DNA of 63,850 nt, filler included, from Octopus bimaculoides (Eukaryota), in NCBI RefSeq assembly GCF_001194135.2. It is 5 parts of 4 records of this genome, joined end to end, with 100 filler letters (N's around TTAATTAATTAA, not from the genome) between each part and the next. Parts side by side here need not be neighbours in the genome. Positions count along the whole stretch, not along the records: positions 43,275 to 54,705 come from NC_068990.1; positions 54,806 to 59,348 come from NC_068981.1; positions 59,449 to 63,850 come from NC_068998.1; 2 more parts are not named here. One strand, 5' to 3'. The translations under genes were made by a program, and so were the position numbers. Under the pieces are notes generated by a model. The model was not told the DNA's origin and did no database searches. It worked only from the letters and a program-made list of their open reading frames with translations. Positions 52,400 through 63,850 of this stretch are shown here, in pieces (the stretch's first letter is position 1; every line of letters begins with the position of its first letter).

Positions 52400-53515
52400 T
52401 TTTAAAAAGAGGGTAAGTAATGTCATTTGATGATGAAAGAATTAAAGATACTAAAGTAGATGGATACAAGTATCTGGGTGTTTTGGAGTACGACAAAATC
52501 AAGGAGAGTGAGATGAAGGAAAGTTTTAGGCGAGAATACCTCAGGAGAACCAAGCTAATTATGAAGAGCGGAATCAATGGAAAGGACAAGATGAGGACAA
52601 TGAATACATGGGTGGTCTCTTTAATTCGATTTGGCACAGGTGTTGTTAGACGGACAAAGAACGAGTTTGAGAAAATGGATAGAAAGTCCAGGAAAGTGAT
52701 GACAATGAACAAGGAACTGCATCTTAAAAGCGATGTCGACAGATTGTATGTGTCTAAAAACACGGGAGGAAGAGTGCTCATAGGATGCAGGAGCAGTGTT
52801 GTCGATGAGGAAAACAGTCAGGGACGGTGCATCAAACAGCAAGCTGAACCTTTGATTGTTATTATTAGAAATAGCAACACGGCACCTAGGGAAAATGTAA
52901 TACACCCAAAATAATTTAAGAAACAAGATGGAGAGCATAGATTGGACAATTGGAAAGTGAAAGCGATGCATGGAGAAATGGAAGGGAAAGACAAGAGCAA
53001 TAGCTGGAGGTAGCTAAGGAACAGTGATCTGAAAGGATGAATTGAGTCATTGATTTGTTGCGCTCGGGAACAAGTTTTGAGAACTAATTAGATGTTTCAA
53101 GTAGATTTTTCAAGTAGATTATTCAAGTAGAGTATTGAAGGATACTCTTTTGAAGGATACCCATTTTTAGGATGTGTGGCATCAAAAGTGAAACCGTCTC
53201 ACATATTGTGAGTGTAGGAAATTGGTTCAAAAGGAATACAGAAAGAGGCATGATAATGTAGCTAGGTATGTTCATTGAAGATTATGTGAGAAGTACGGTC
53301 TTTAGGGACATTGAAATGGTACGAGCATAAGCCTGAAGGTGTCACTGAGAATAACAAGTATAAGATCTTGTGAGATTTTATAATTCAGTGTGATTCAGTG
53401 ATTCAGTGACTCAGACATTGTTGTAGTTGATAAAAGGAAGACGGAAACCAAGATCATAGATATTGCCATTCCTGAAGATGAACGAATGGAACACTTTGAG
53501 AAGTAAAAACCACTA
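52400..53515 (+). mobile_element. R4/Dong-clade LINE fragment (post-RT region, CCHC, start of RLE)
   Basis: GYKYLGVLEYD, EYLRRTKLIMKS, DRKSRKVMTMNKELHLKSDVDRLYVSK..GGR, MCGIKSETVSHIVS, KRHDNVARYVH, DIVVVDK...IIDIAIPED. Confidence 0.9.
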
Positions 53516-53529
53516 AAAATAACGATGAG

Positions 53530-54465
53530 ATTTCACGAATGTGAGCAATGAAGAAAGTAACTGTCAATCGCCCCGATTTCTGAGACGTCCGACACTATTA
53601 CGGTGACGTCGTCCGCATATGCTGACACGAAAACTTTGCATCCTGGTTCACACGCGATGCCTCTCGAAATATCCAGCTTCCGCAGTAATGGCTCGAGAGC
53701 TAGCACATACAGAAGGGGCGAGAGTGGGTATCCTTGACGAACCGAACGTGCGATTCTAAACGATTCCAAAAGGTGATTAACCAACGAGCAGATGCTGCTA
53801 TACATTGCAGCGATCCAGTCTCTGAAAACGGGACCGAAACCAGCTGCCTTCAGACAGCCGCCAAGTATTTATGGTCGACCCTATCAAAAGTTTCGATTGA
53901 TCCAAATTGATCAGGGCCCCACCCATACCAGGTCCTTTATATTCCCTCTCTTTGATGTATCACGTGGGGTGGAGGTTGTCGTGGATAGATTTGTTTGGGA
54001 TAGCACATGTTTGTGCATCACCGACCAGTCTAGCAACAATCGTCAACCTCTTCGCTAATACCTTTGCCAAAATCTTGTAATCTGTGTGTAGCAGAGTTAC
54101 GGGCTTAAAGTTACCGATAATGTGCCCCTTGTTCGAGTCCTTTCTCAACAGTGTCACCACACCTCGGCTCACCGAACTAGGAATTCTCCTGTTCTGTTGC
54201 CAGTTGCAGTAGACATCTACCAAGAGCTCACCGAACAAGTCTGGCATATGAATATAAAGCTCGAAGGGCAGACCATCCAAACCCGGAGACCTGTCCTTTG
54301 TGCAGCAAGACATCGCATTACGAATATCTTCGGTTGTTAACGGCATTTCGCAGAACTAAGTATCCCTGGCCGAGAGCCACGACAGGATGTCGAGGTAGAA
54401 GGTGAGATCCAACTCCATTTCCGTGCCGCCACGCTCCCCGTACAGTTCAGCGAAATGCCGCTGAA
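53530..54465 (-). mobile_element. L1/Tx1-clade LINE RT fragment
   Basis: RSPGLDGLPFELY, RGVVTLLRKD, NFKPVTLLHTDYKILAKVLAKRL, SVRQGYPLSPLLYVLALEPL, SAYADDVTVIVS. Confidence 0.92.
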
Positions 54466-54529
54466 ATAATAATAGTTTCAAATTTTGCCAAAAATGCTGC
54501 CATTTTGATGGGTGGCATAAATCAATTGC

Positions 54530-54687
54530 ATCAATTCCAGTGTTTCACTCGTACTTAATTTATCGAAACCGAAGGATGAAAGGCAAAATCGACCTCGGCG
54601 GAATTTGAACTCAGGATGTAGCGACGGGCGAAATACCGCTAAGCATTTTGTCCAGTGTGCTAACGATTCTGCCTGCTCGCCGCCTTA
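54530..54687 (-). mobile_element. tRNA-derived SINE, family A
   Basis: CGTACTTAATTTATCG...GGATGAAAGGCAAAATCGACCTCGGCGGAATTTGAACTC...GCTAACGATTCTGCC.GCTCGCCGCCTT. Confidence 0.9.
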
Positions 54688-54705
54688 ATAATAATAATAA
54701 TAATA

Positions 54706-54805
54706 NNNNNNNNNNNNNNNNNNNNNNNNNNNNNNNNNNNNNNNNNNNNTTAATTAATTAANNNNNNNNNNNNNNNNNNNNNNNNNNNNNNNNNNNNNNN
54801 NNNNN
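54706..54805. other. Artificial scaffold-joining spacer
   Basis: 44 N + TTAATTAATTAA (54750-54761) + 44 N. Confidence 0.95.
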
Positions 54806-57161
54806 ATATATATATATATATATATAAATTGAGTTAACAAAACAGACACACACTCGCACTTACGTACAGTTACATACATAGCTATTTACAAACTTATATT
54901 CAAGCGTACATACATACATACATACATACATAGATGCATAAACACTCACTCGCAAGTAATGAGGCAGAAACAAATACAAGTCACTTATAGGCAAAATACT
55001 TAATGGACCAGAGAAAATTTAGATAGTTTTACCTCGTTTGCTATGGATATGTAAAATTTCAACACCGTTTATAGCAAGTGTAGTAAGAGATATGTGACCC
55101 TCCTACGTGCGTGTGTGTATAACATCCGTACAAGACTGAAAATGATATCAGTGCCGTAGGAACTGTTTCGAGGCTAGGAGGCGTGTGCATAGCCCCCCTC
55201 CTCCTTCTCCTCCTCCTTCTCCTCCTCCTCCTCCTTCTCCTCCTCCTCCTTCTTCCTCTTAACATCGTCTCCTTCTTTCCTCTTTTCTTCTCTCTTGGTT
55301 AATGATTTCGTTCGACTAGGCATAATGCCAGTTTTCTTAAGAGGGAGGGGTAAAGTCGATCGAATCTCGAGTCTCCCTCCATTGCATTGGCAAACACAAC
55401 ACTCTGTTTATCATATCGACAACCAATACCTCCCCACCTCCCGGAGGGGGTAAAAGCGAGACGAAAATTACAAACGATTGCGAGTCGGAATTGAACTTGA
55501 GAACATTAATNNNNNNNNNNNNNNNNNNNNNNNNNNNNNNNNNNNNNNNNNNNNNNNNNNNNNNNNNNNNNNNNNNNNNNNNNNNNNNNNNNNNNNNNNN
55601 NNNNNNNNNNNNNNNNNNNNNNNNNNNNNNNNNNNNNNNNNNNNNNNNNNNNNNNNNNNNNNNNNNNNNNNNNNNNNNNNNNNNNNNNNNNNNNNNNNNN
55701 NNNNNNNNNNNNNNNNNNNNNNNNNNNNNNNNNNNNNNNNNNNNNNNNNNNNNNNNNNNNNNNNNNNNNNNNNNNNNNNNNNNNNNNNNNNNNNNNNNNN
55801 NNNNNNNNNNNNNNNNNNNNNNNNNNNNNNNNNNNNNNNNNNNNNNNNNNNNNNNNNNNNNNNNNNNNNNNNNNNNNNNNNNNNNNNNNNNNNNNNNNNN
55901 NNNNNNNNNNNNNNNNNNNNNNNNNNNNNNNNNNNNNNNNNNNNNNNNNNNNNNNNNNNNNNNNNNNNNNNNNNNNNNNNNNNNNNNNNNNNNNNNNNNN
56001 NNNNNNNNNNNNNNNNNNNNNNNNNNNNNNNNNNNNNNNNNNNNNNNNNNNNNNNNNNNNNNNNNNNNNNNNNNNNNNNNNNNNNNNNNNNNNNNNNNNN
56101 NNNNNNNNNNNNNNNNNNNNNNNNNNNNNNNNNNNNNNNNNNNNNNNNNNNNNNNNNNNNNNNNNNNNNNNNNNNNNNNNNNNNNNNNNNNNNNNNNNNN
56201 NNNNNNNNNNNNNNNNNNNNNNNNNNNNNNNNNNNNNNNNNNNNNNNNNNNNNNNNNNNNNNNNNNNNNNNNNNNNNNNNNNNNNNNNNNNNNNNNNNNN
56301 NNNNNNNNNNNNNNNNNNNNNNNNNNNNNNNNNNNNNNNNNNNNNNNNNNNNCCAACAAGAACATTTAAAAGAACAAATACAAACCAATAAAGAAAGAGT
56401 GTTTTTACCCAAGCAAAAAAAAAAAAGGAAAAAGAAAATAAACCAAAATCAAAGCAAAAAACAACAACAGCAACAATAAAACCGACCCCCCCCCCACACC
56501 ACAAATCGCACCGTATACCTAGAATAAGGGTAGGAAGACATTAACCAATTTCATTGATAGGCTTAGAAATAAGACGTTTATTCGCGACCAGTGTTGACCC
56601 GGGGTTAACCCACGAACATGACAACATATAGAAGAAATACGTGCGGGGAAGTCAGTTTCTCACTAGTTTTCATAAGACAATATGTATATCGATCGATATA
56701 CTTTCGCTTCTTAAGTTGCTTTTTTACCATTCTCTTCTCTGCTCAGAGTGCAGGGCTGTATTTTTCTTTCTACATTGCATATTTTCAAATATTGTAAGTG
56801 TATATTTGTGTTGATTGTGTTACTATGGTTATGTGTATGTTCGTAGATAATAAATCGAAGATGTTTTCTATGTAGTTATGTATGCATGTATGTATGCATG
56901 TGGTTGGATGCATATGTTTGGGCATATATTGCATCACAGGTTCCAGTCAGAGGTTGAAACCTCATACGGGATAACCAAAACTACAGACACCCACTCAAAA
57001 TCGCACACACAAAAGCACTTGCACGCACACAGAAAAACGCTTGCACACATGCACACACGCAAATGCACACAGAAGGAAGCTATGTGCATTTCATGCATTA
57101 CATGTATACGAAGAATATACATGAATATCAGCGAATTACACACACACATACACACACGAAT

Positions 57162-57226
<65 letters not shown>

Positions 57227-57229
57227 CAT

Positions 57230-57605
57230 TCTTATTCTTTTAATTGCATCAGTTATTTGACTGCGGCCACGCAGGAACACCGTCTTTAATCGAACCCAGG
57301 ACTTATGCTTTGTAAGACTAGTACTTATTCTATTGGTCTCTTTGCCGAAGTTGCGGGGATGTCAACACACCAACATCGGTTGTCAAGCGATACTGTGGGC
57401 TCAAACACAGACACACACATACATATATGTATATATATATATATACGACAGGCTTCTTTCAGTCTCCTTCTACCAAGTCCACTGACAACGCTTTGGTTAG
57501 CCCGAGGCTATACTAGAAGATAATTGCCCAGGTCGCTACGTAGTAGGACTGAACCCGAAACCATGTAGTTGGTAAGTAAGCAACTTACCACACAGCCACC
57601 CCAGC
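57230..57605 (-). mobile_element. tRNA-derived SINE, family B
   Basis: Tail TTTGACTGCGGCCA, body CTAGTACTTATTCTATTGGTCTC and CATCGGTTGTCAAGCGAT, internal repeat, head GCCCGAGGCTATA...GGACTGAACCCG. Confidence 0.88.
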
Positions 57606-59348
57606 GTCTCACACAGACACTCACAGAATTATATATGTATATATACGTTTAACAATTTGTGTTGCAAGTCTTATATATATATATACGAAGTCTGGAATAT
57701 ATAAGTAAAAATATCTACAAATATACATAAAATTATTTCCATATTTATTTAACGAATAAAAGCGTTTATGCATTTGTCATATATACGTGTATACACTTAC
57801 GTTTGTATGTATATATATGTATATATATATATGTATATATATGTATATANNNNNNNNNNNNNNNNNNNNNNNNNNNNNNNNNNNNNNNNNNNNNNNNNNN
57901 NNNNNNNNNNNNNNNNNNNNNNNNNNNNNNNNNNNNNNNNNNNNNNNNNNNNNNNNNNNNNNNNNNNNNNNNNNNNNNNNNNNNNNNNNNNNNNNNNNNN
58001 NNNNNNNNNNNNNNNNNNNNNNNNNNNNNNNNNNNNNNNNNNNNNNNNNNNNNNNNNNNNNNNNNNNNNNNNNNNNNNNNNNNNNNNNNNNNNNNNNNNN
58101 NNNNNNNNNNNNNNNNNNNNNNNNNNNNNNNNNNNNNNNNNNNNNNNNNNNNNNNNNNNNNNNNNNNNNNNNNNNNNNNNNNNNNNNNNNNNNNNNNNNN
58201 NNNNNNNNNNNNTATAAATACATATATATACGTAGATTTATGTACATGCATACACACACATATATATATATATGAATGTGTGTGTGTATTTAGAAATACA
58301 TTATGTGCATGTTTTATTTTGTTATTTTTCATGTTCTAATCATGATATAAATGTCATACTCTACAACTGCCTTCACGATCTCTCTCGATCAGTCGATTGA
58401 GCACACAATTTAGTTTGTTTCTTATAAAATTTACAGGACTTTGATGAAAAACAACAAAAACTCGACGGGATTTCGATACCAGCTTTATAAACACAGACAC
58501 ATACACAAGAACATACATACATACATACATAAACATATGAACAGAGATACACACACACGGGTACACATACACACGAATACACATGTTTTTTTTTATATAC
58601 ACATATACACACATGTAATCAAATTCCACTTGTAAATTATTTGACAATCCATTGCTGTCGTCGAAAATTACTGTACGCCATGGGATCGAACTAAGAGCTT
58701 AATGGACTTAAAATGAGCTTCATAGCTATACAGCCGGGACCTGTTTCTTCATAATGTTTATTTTCGTTGCTACTTTCCCTCAGTCTGGCTGTGTGTGAGT
58801 ATCAAAATTTATGTTAAAAATAACCAAAAGTCCACATAGGAATTACGAGGTATTACATAATATGGAAGAAATTGCAGATGCTTTAGTTATGTAGACATCT
58901 TGTGGCGAAGATGTCCATACTTACCTACGTATCTACCTACCTACCTACCTACCTACCAAGACACAAACACACATTGTGACCACACATACGTGAATATTTA
59001 TTTGTATATTGATGTATATGGATGCGTATGTATGTGTGTATATATATGTATATATATATGTGTATATATATTTATATATATATGTATATATATGTGAAAA
59101 TATATGTATATATATATATATGTATATGTATATATATATGTATATAAATATGTAAGTACATATATATAGATGTATGCATATACATGCATACATGCATCTA
59201 TATCTATATATATTTATATATATGTATATGTATACATATATATGCATAGATAAATACATGCATACATATATTCATATATATGTATATATGTTTATTCATA
59301 TATACATATATAATTTATTCATATATATATATATATAAATATATATAT

Positions 59349-59448
59349 NNNNNNNNNNNNNNNNNNNNNNNNNNNNNNNNNNNNNNNNNNNNTTAATTAA
59401 TTAANNNNNNNNNNNNNNNNNNNNNNNNNNNNNNNNNNNNNNNNNNNN
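59349..59448. other. Artificial scaffold-joining spacer
   Basis: 44 N + TTAATTAATTAA (59393-59404) + 44 N. Confidence 0.95.
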
Positions 59449-60057
59449 TATATATATATATATATATATGTATGTATATATATACGCACACATATATTCG
59501 TCTCTAATGTGATATGTTACACACACAAGCGCGCGCCCAACGCGCGCCCGTACAGTCCCGTTTTACACTTCTCATTCGTCAGCCTATATATAACATCTCA
59601 CGGGATTCCCCCTATTCACCATAACGTTCAAATGTTCAGGGGGGGAAATTTTCTTAGCACATAATTGATGTATTCCCACTCTATCAGTCTGCCTTTCGTC
59701 TGCCTGTCTGTCTGTATGTATGTATCTATGTGCAGTGTGTATGTATGTGTGTATTTATGTGTGTGTGTATGTATGTGTGTGTGTTAGTGTGTGCGTGTGC
59801 GATTGTGCCTGCGTGTTTGTGTGTGTACATATATGCTTCTATGTGTGTGTTCCCGGTTCCATTCGCAGGACATGGGTCGACTCAATGGCTGTAGAAATTT
59901 GAAAACTTCGCTTGCCTGTGATGTCACGGTGTGACATTGAATCGAACCCGATATCGCCTACTTGCAGAACAAACTTCTAAACCATTCACCAACACTGCGC
60001 ATATATGTGCGCGCACCTGTATTTATGTACATGTGTGTGTATATATATGTGTGTGTA

Positions 60058-60112
<55 letters not shown>

Positions 60113-61034
60113 NNNNNNNNNNNNNNNNNNNNNNNNNNNNNNNNNNNNNNNNNNNNNNNNNNNNNNNNNNNNNNNNNNNNNNNNNNNNNNNNNNNNNNNN
60201 NNNNNNNNNNNNNNNNNNNNNNNNNNNNNNNNNNNNNNNNNNNNNNNNNNNNNNNNNNNNNNNNNNNNNNNNNNNNNNNNNNNNNNNNNNNNNNNNNNNN
60301 NNNNNNNNNNNNNNNNNNNNNNNNNNNNNNNNNNNNNNNNNNNNNNNNNNNNNNNNNNNNNNNNNNNNNNNNNNNNNNNNNNNNNNNNNNNNNNNNNNNN
60401 NNNNNNNNNNNNNNNNNNNNNNNNNNNNNNNNNNNNNNNNNNNNNNNNNNNNNNNNNNNNNNNNNNNNNNNNNNNNNNNNNNNNNNNNNNNNNNNNNNNN
60501 NNNNNNNNNNNNNNNNNNNNNNNNNNNNNNNNNNNNNNNNNNNNNNNNNNNNNNNNNNNNNNNNNNNNNNNNNNNNNNNNNNNNNNNNNNNNNNNNNNNN
60601 NNNNNNNNNNNNNNNNNNNNNNNNNNNNNNNNNNNNNNNNNNNNNNNNNNNNNNNNNNNNNNNNNNNNNNNNNNNNNNNNNNNNNNNNNNNNNNNNNNNN
60701 NNNNNNNNNNNNNNNNNNNNNNNNNNNNNNNNNNNNNNNNNNNNNNNNNNNNNNNNNNNNNNNNNNNNNNNNNNNNNNNNNNNNNNNNNNNNNNNNNNNN
60801 NNNNNNNNNNNNNNNNNNNNNNNNNNNNNNNNNNNNNNNNNNNNNNNNNNNNNNNNNNNNNNNNNNNNNNNNNNNNNNNNNNNNNNNNNNNNNNNNNNNN
60901 NNNNNNAAAAATAAAAATAATGGTGATAATTGATCTTGGCGAACTCTCGTTTACACGCGGTTATCTTTCCGTATTTATTGTCTTGTCTCTGTACTTAAAT
61001 GTGAAACACTTGAATGTTTTATTAAAATACATCG

Positions 61035-61502
61035 TCACATGACAACATTGTCAAATATCCTTACACGTACGCCATTTTGTTTTCTTAATTTTGTCGTTGT
61101 TGTTGATGTTTGTTCTCTCCACCACCACCCCTCATCCTCCCCCCCCACACTTCTCTTTTTATTGTTTTTTGCCATGTAATAAACACCGTTGCCGTTGTTT
61201 GTGTTTGTTGCTTTCGTTGTAATCACTGTTGTTGTTGTTGCCGTATTTATTTTTATCTTTTCTTGTTGCTTTTATTTTCCTTGCTTTCGCATATTGTTGT
61301 TGTTGTTGTTGCTGTTGTTATTGCAGTTGCTATTATTGCTGTAATTGTCGTCAATGCTTTAGAAGCATCGTTGTTGTTGTTGTTGTTGTTATAGATGTTA
61401 TTATTGCTCTGCTTAGATTGTTGTTATTGTATTTGGTAGATATTTCGTTGATATTACTGCAACACCAGAAGCAGTAGCAGCAGCAGCAGCCACAGTAGCA
61501 GC

Positions 61503-61548
<46 letters not shown>

Positions 61549-61700
61549 GTAGTAGTAGTAGTAGAAGAAGAAGTAGCTGTTGTTGCTGTTGTTGTTGGTA
61601 GTGGTGGGGCTAATTGCAGTAGTGGAGGTGCTGGTGCTCTCATTGTTGTTGGTGGTGGTCACAGTGTTGCTGTTACTGTTGTTGCTGTTGTACAATACCA
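61035..61700. repeat. Compound trinucleotide low-complexity region (GTT, GCA, TAT, TAG, GAA)
   Basis: Seen directly. It explains the poly-V, poly-L, poly-N and poly-T ORFs. Confidence 0.9.
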
Positions 61701-62100
61701 AGAAAAACTAACACACACAAACACATTCATACATATTTATAAACATTGCTAATATCACATAAAGGTATGGATGATGTTAAAGGCTTGTAGCTGTGTTATT
61801 TCCTTTCAGAGCGATTCCCTTGAAGATGAATACTGTTAAGAGAAAGACACAGGGTACTTCACATTTGGGCGAAACGAAATCGCTCCGCTAGAGAACGAGA
61901 ACGACTCCACAGGTCTTCCCATCCAATGACAATTAAATACAATTGTAAATATAAATACTTAGCAGTTTGGCAAAAGAAAACGATGGAAACGAAATTGGTC
62001 GTCTTCTGAGAACTGCTGGAAAGGTTGCGACGTAACGGGGAGAACTCTGAGGCGAAGATATCTAAGAGGAAGAGGGAGAGAAAGAGATCAAGAGAAAGCG

Positions 62101-62178
<78 letters not shown>

Positions 62179-62309
62179 CTGGGGGTCTCTGATGTTCTTA
62201 GGTTAAACAGTCTTAAAACCTGGAATTGTCAACAGTTAGATCAAAGTAGGTAGAAATTCTTTTCCTTTTGTAAGCCAACATGTCGCAGTTAAGGATAAGA
62301 TGACAGATT

Positions 62310-63600
62310 GCACGTTCTCCGTGGGGTCACCATGGGGGCAGTGACACTTACTGGACGAACCCAGATCACTAAATCTCAGTGCGATAGACAACAACGATAT
62401 CGTAATTTTTGCGACGCACTCATTTGTTCTTTTAGTTGATTGTGAAGTCTAAGCGTCTTTTGACCATTCCACGGTCTCATGTAGCGTTGTGGTGCTGTTT
62501 CCGACGGCATGGACTTTGAGGTAACCATTATCTTTCAAGACTCAGAAAATAAGGTTTCTCGTTCTAAACGTGAACTACAGTGGAGATGGTGGAACTTTCA
62601 GCCTGGTAGCCATTTACGCCCTGCCACGAATTGGAAGGCCACATTTCTTCAGACGTCAAAAGATCTTTCCGAAAAACATCCCACTCATTAGACATCTGAG
62701 ACGCACTCAGTGATTGTATGCCAATATCTAATAAAAGAGAGAGAGAGAGAGCTTCAAAGGGCTAAAAATCTTGTACTCGGGCCTTTCGTATTGTCTTATA
62801 TGAAATGCCTCCACTTCCCGAACACATCAATGCAAATCGGAGAAACCACACTGGGCCATTTAGATTTTGCTTGGAGAGAGATTTTATTCTGTTAAATGAC
62901 AGAGTCAGTATAAAATCTCTCGTTTCAGATTATTAATTACAAATTTATGATTTGCACCATAAACACTAACTGATAAGGACTCCTATTATTGGAAAACGAA
63001 TGCAGCTTTTCTGGTCCCGAAAAATTTTCAGGGATTAGATTATCGAATTAGTTAAATGGAAATTGACAAATGCAATTATTAACAACAGGTAGATGATAAT
63101 TAGAGCAATATCTGTCAGTTTTATGAAAGATGTAGCAATAGGGAACAGCAAATTATAGAACGAGTTAATCGATTAAGAAGAGACAAACATGAAAGACAAC
63201 GCTTACGGCGTGCTTGAGATGAGAATTGTTCTTGCACACTGATTCTTGGCTAATGGTTCTTGACCAATGACCCTTGACCTCTTCCAAGTATAAAGAAAAT
63301 TTTGCCCTTCATGGTAAAGTGCGTGATTCTCTGTAGTTCTCTGCCAAACTATCAACGAGGAGCGACTGGCTGATGGCAAGTGACTTCGATAGCAGTCGAC
63401 CATCTGAGGCGACTTCCGGTGGAAGACCTCAAACCCGATTTCAGCAGAAACAGTAGCGGACATATTAGTCAGTTGTGAGATGGGTAAACCGCCAGGACTG
63501 GATGGTCAGAGTTGTTACATGTCAGACTTATGGAATGTATTGTAGTGTGGCTGGGTACAAGATCTAGCTTCGATGGGGTCCTGGCCAGTTTAGTTTAAAC
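62310..63600 (+). mobile_element. Highly decayed L1/Tx1-clade LINE (AP endonuclease and start of RT)
   Basis: LVLNVN..GDGGTFSLVAIYALP..GRPHFFRR (EN) at about 62540-62660; PISAETVADILVSCEMGKPPGLDG (RT start) at about 63440-63505. The stretch between them is not alignable by eye. Confidence 0.65.
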
Positions 63601-63649
63601 TGTGCGACAGAATCGACGACTGCTATTGGTTTTGATCCCATTTTCAGTG

Positions 63650-63845
63650 ACGGGACCACTTCAGTGTACACCGGACAGAATGCATTTCGTCCGTTTTTAC
63701 GTTCTGAGTTCAAATTCCGCCGAAGTCGAATTTACCTTTCATCTTTTCGGAGTCGATAAAATAAATACCAGTTACAAACTGGGGTCGATGTAATCGACAT
63801 ACCCCCTTCCCTGAATTTGCTGGCTTTGTACCAAAATACGAAAAC
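63650..63845 (+). mobile_element. tRNA-derived SINE, family A (5'-damaged)
   Basis: GCATTTCGTCCG...GTTCTGAGTTCAAATTCCGCCGAAGTCG...CCTTTCATCTTTTCGGAGTCGATAAAATAAATACCAG...GGGGTCGATGTAATCGAC. Confidence 0.9.
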
Positions 63846-63850
63846 AATAT

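Noticed and set aside
55195-55290. (CCT/CTT)n mirror repeat (triplex potential) and poly-R ORF
   Set aside because: This is an ordinary simple repeat in a microsatellite-saturated genome.
59585-59652. TATA-like run plus NF-kappaB-like sites (GGGATTCCCC, GGGAAATTTT)
   Set aside because: About one or two such 10-mers are expected by chance in a window this size, the TATA is part of ubiquitous TA repeats, and no downstream gene is visible.

Overview
This is AT-rich, gap-ridden eukaryotic DNA saturated with microsatellites. Its SINE, LINE and DNA-transposon content resembles an octopus (coleoid cephalopod) genome; that assignment is an inference from the repeat families. It is not one contiguous locus: four identical 100-bp artificial spacers (44 N + TTAATTAATTAA + 44 N) join five segments (1-31877, 31978-43174, 43275-54705, 54806-59348, 59449-63850). 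I could not identify any intact host protein-coding gene, rRNA, true tRNA or CRISPR array. Nearly all ORFs in the track are microsatellite or N-gap read-throughs, or decayed transposon fragments. What is supported: several tRNA-derived SINE families; decayed LINEs of the RTE, R4/Dong (RLE), L1/Tx1 and CR1-like types plus a Penelope-like element; a full-length decayed Tc1 with unusual catalytic spacing; two mariner-like remnants; and several MITEs and hairpins. The most notable observations are an RTE insertion whose 5' part is inverted relative to its 3' part (twin-priming-like), a foldback-like palindrome with a short MITE relative, four Penelope-type minimal hammerhead ribozyme-like motifs, and an RTE 3' end encoding three C2H2 zinc-finger remnants. 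I found no convincing new biological system; these are candidates for follow-up.
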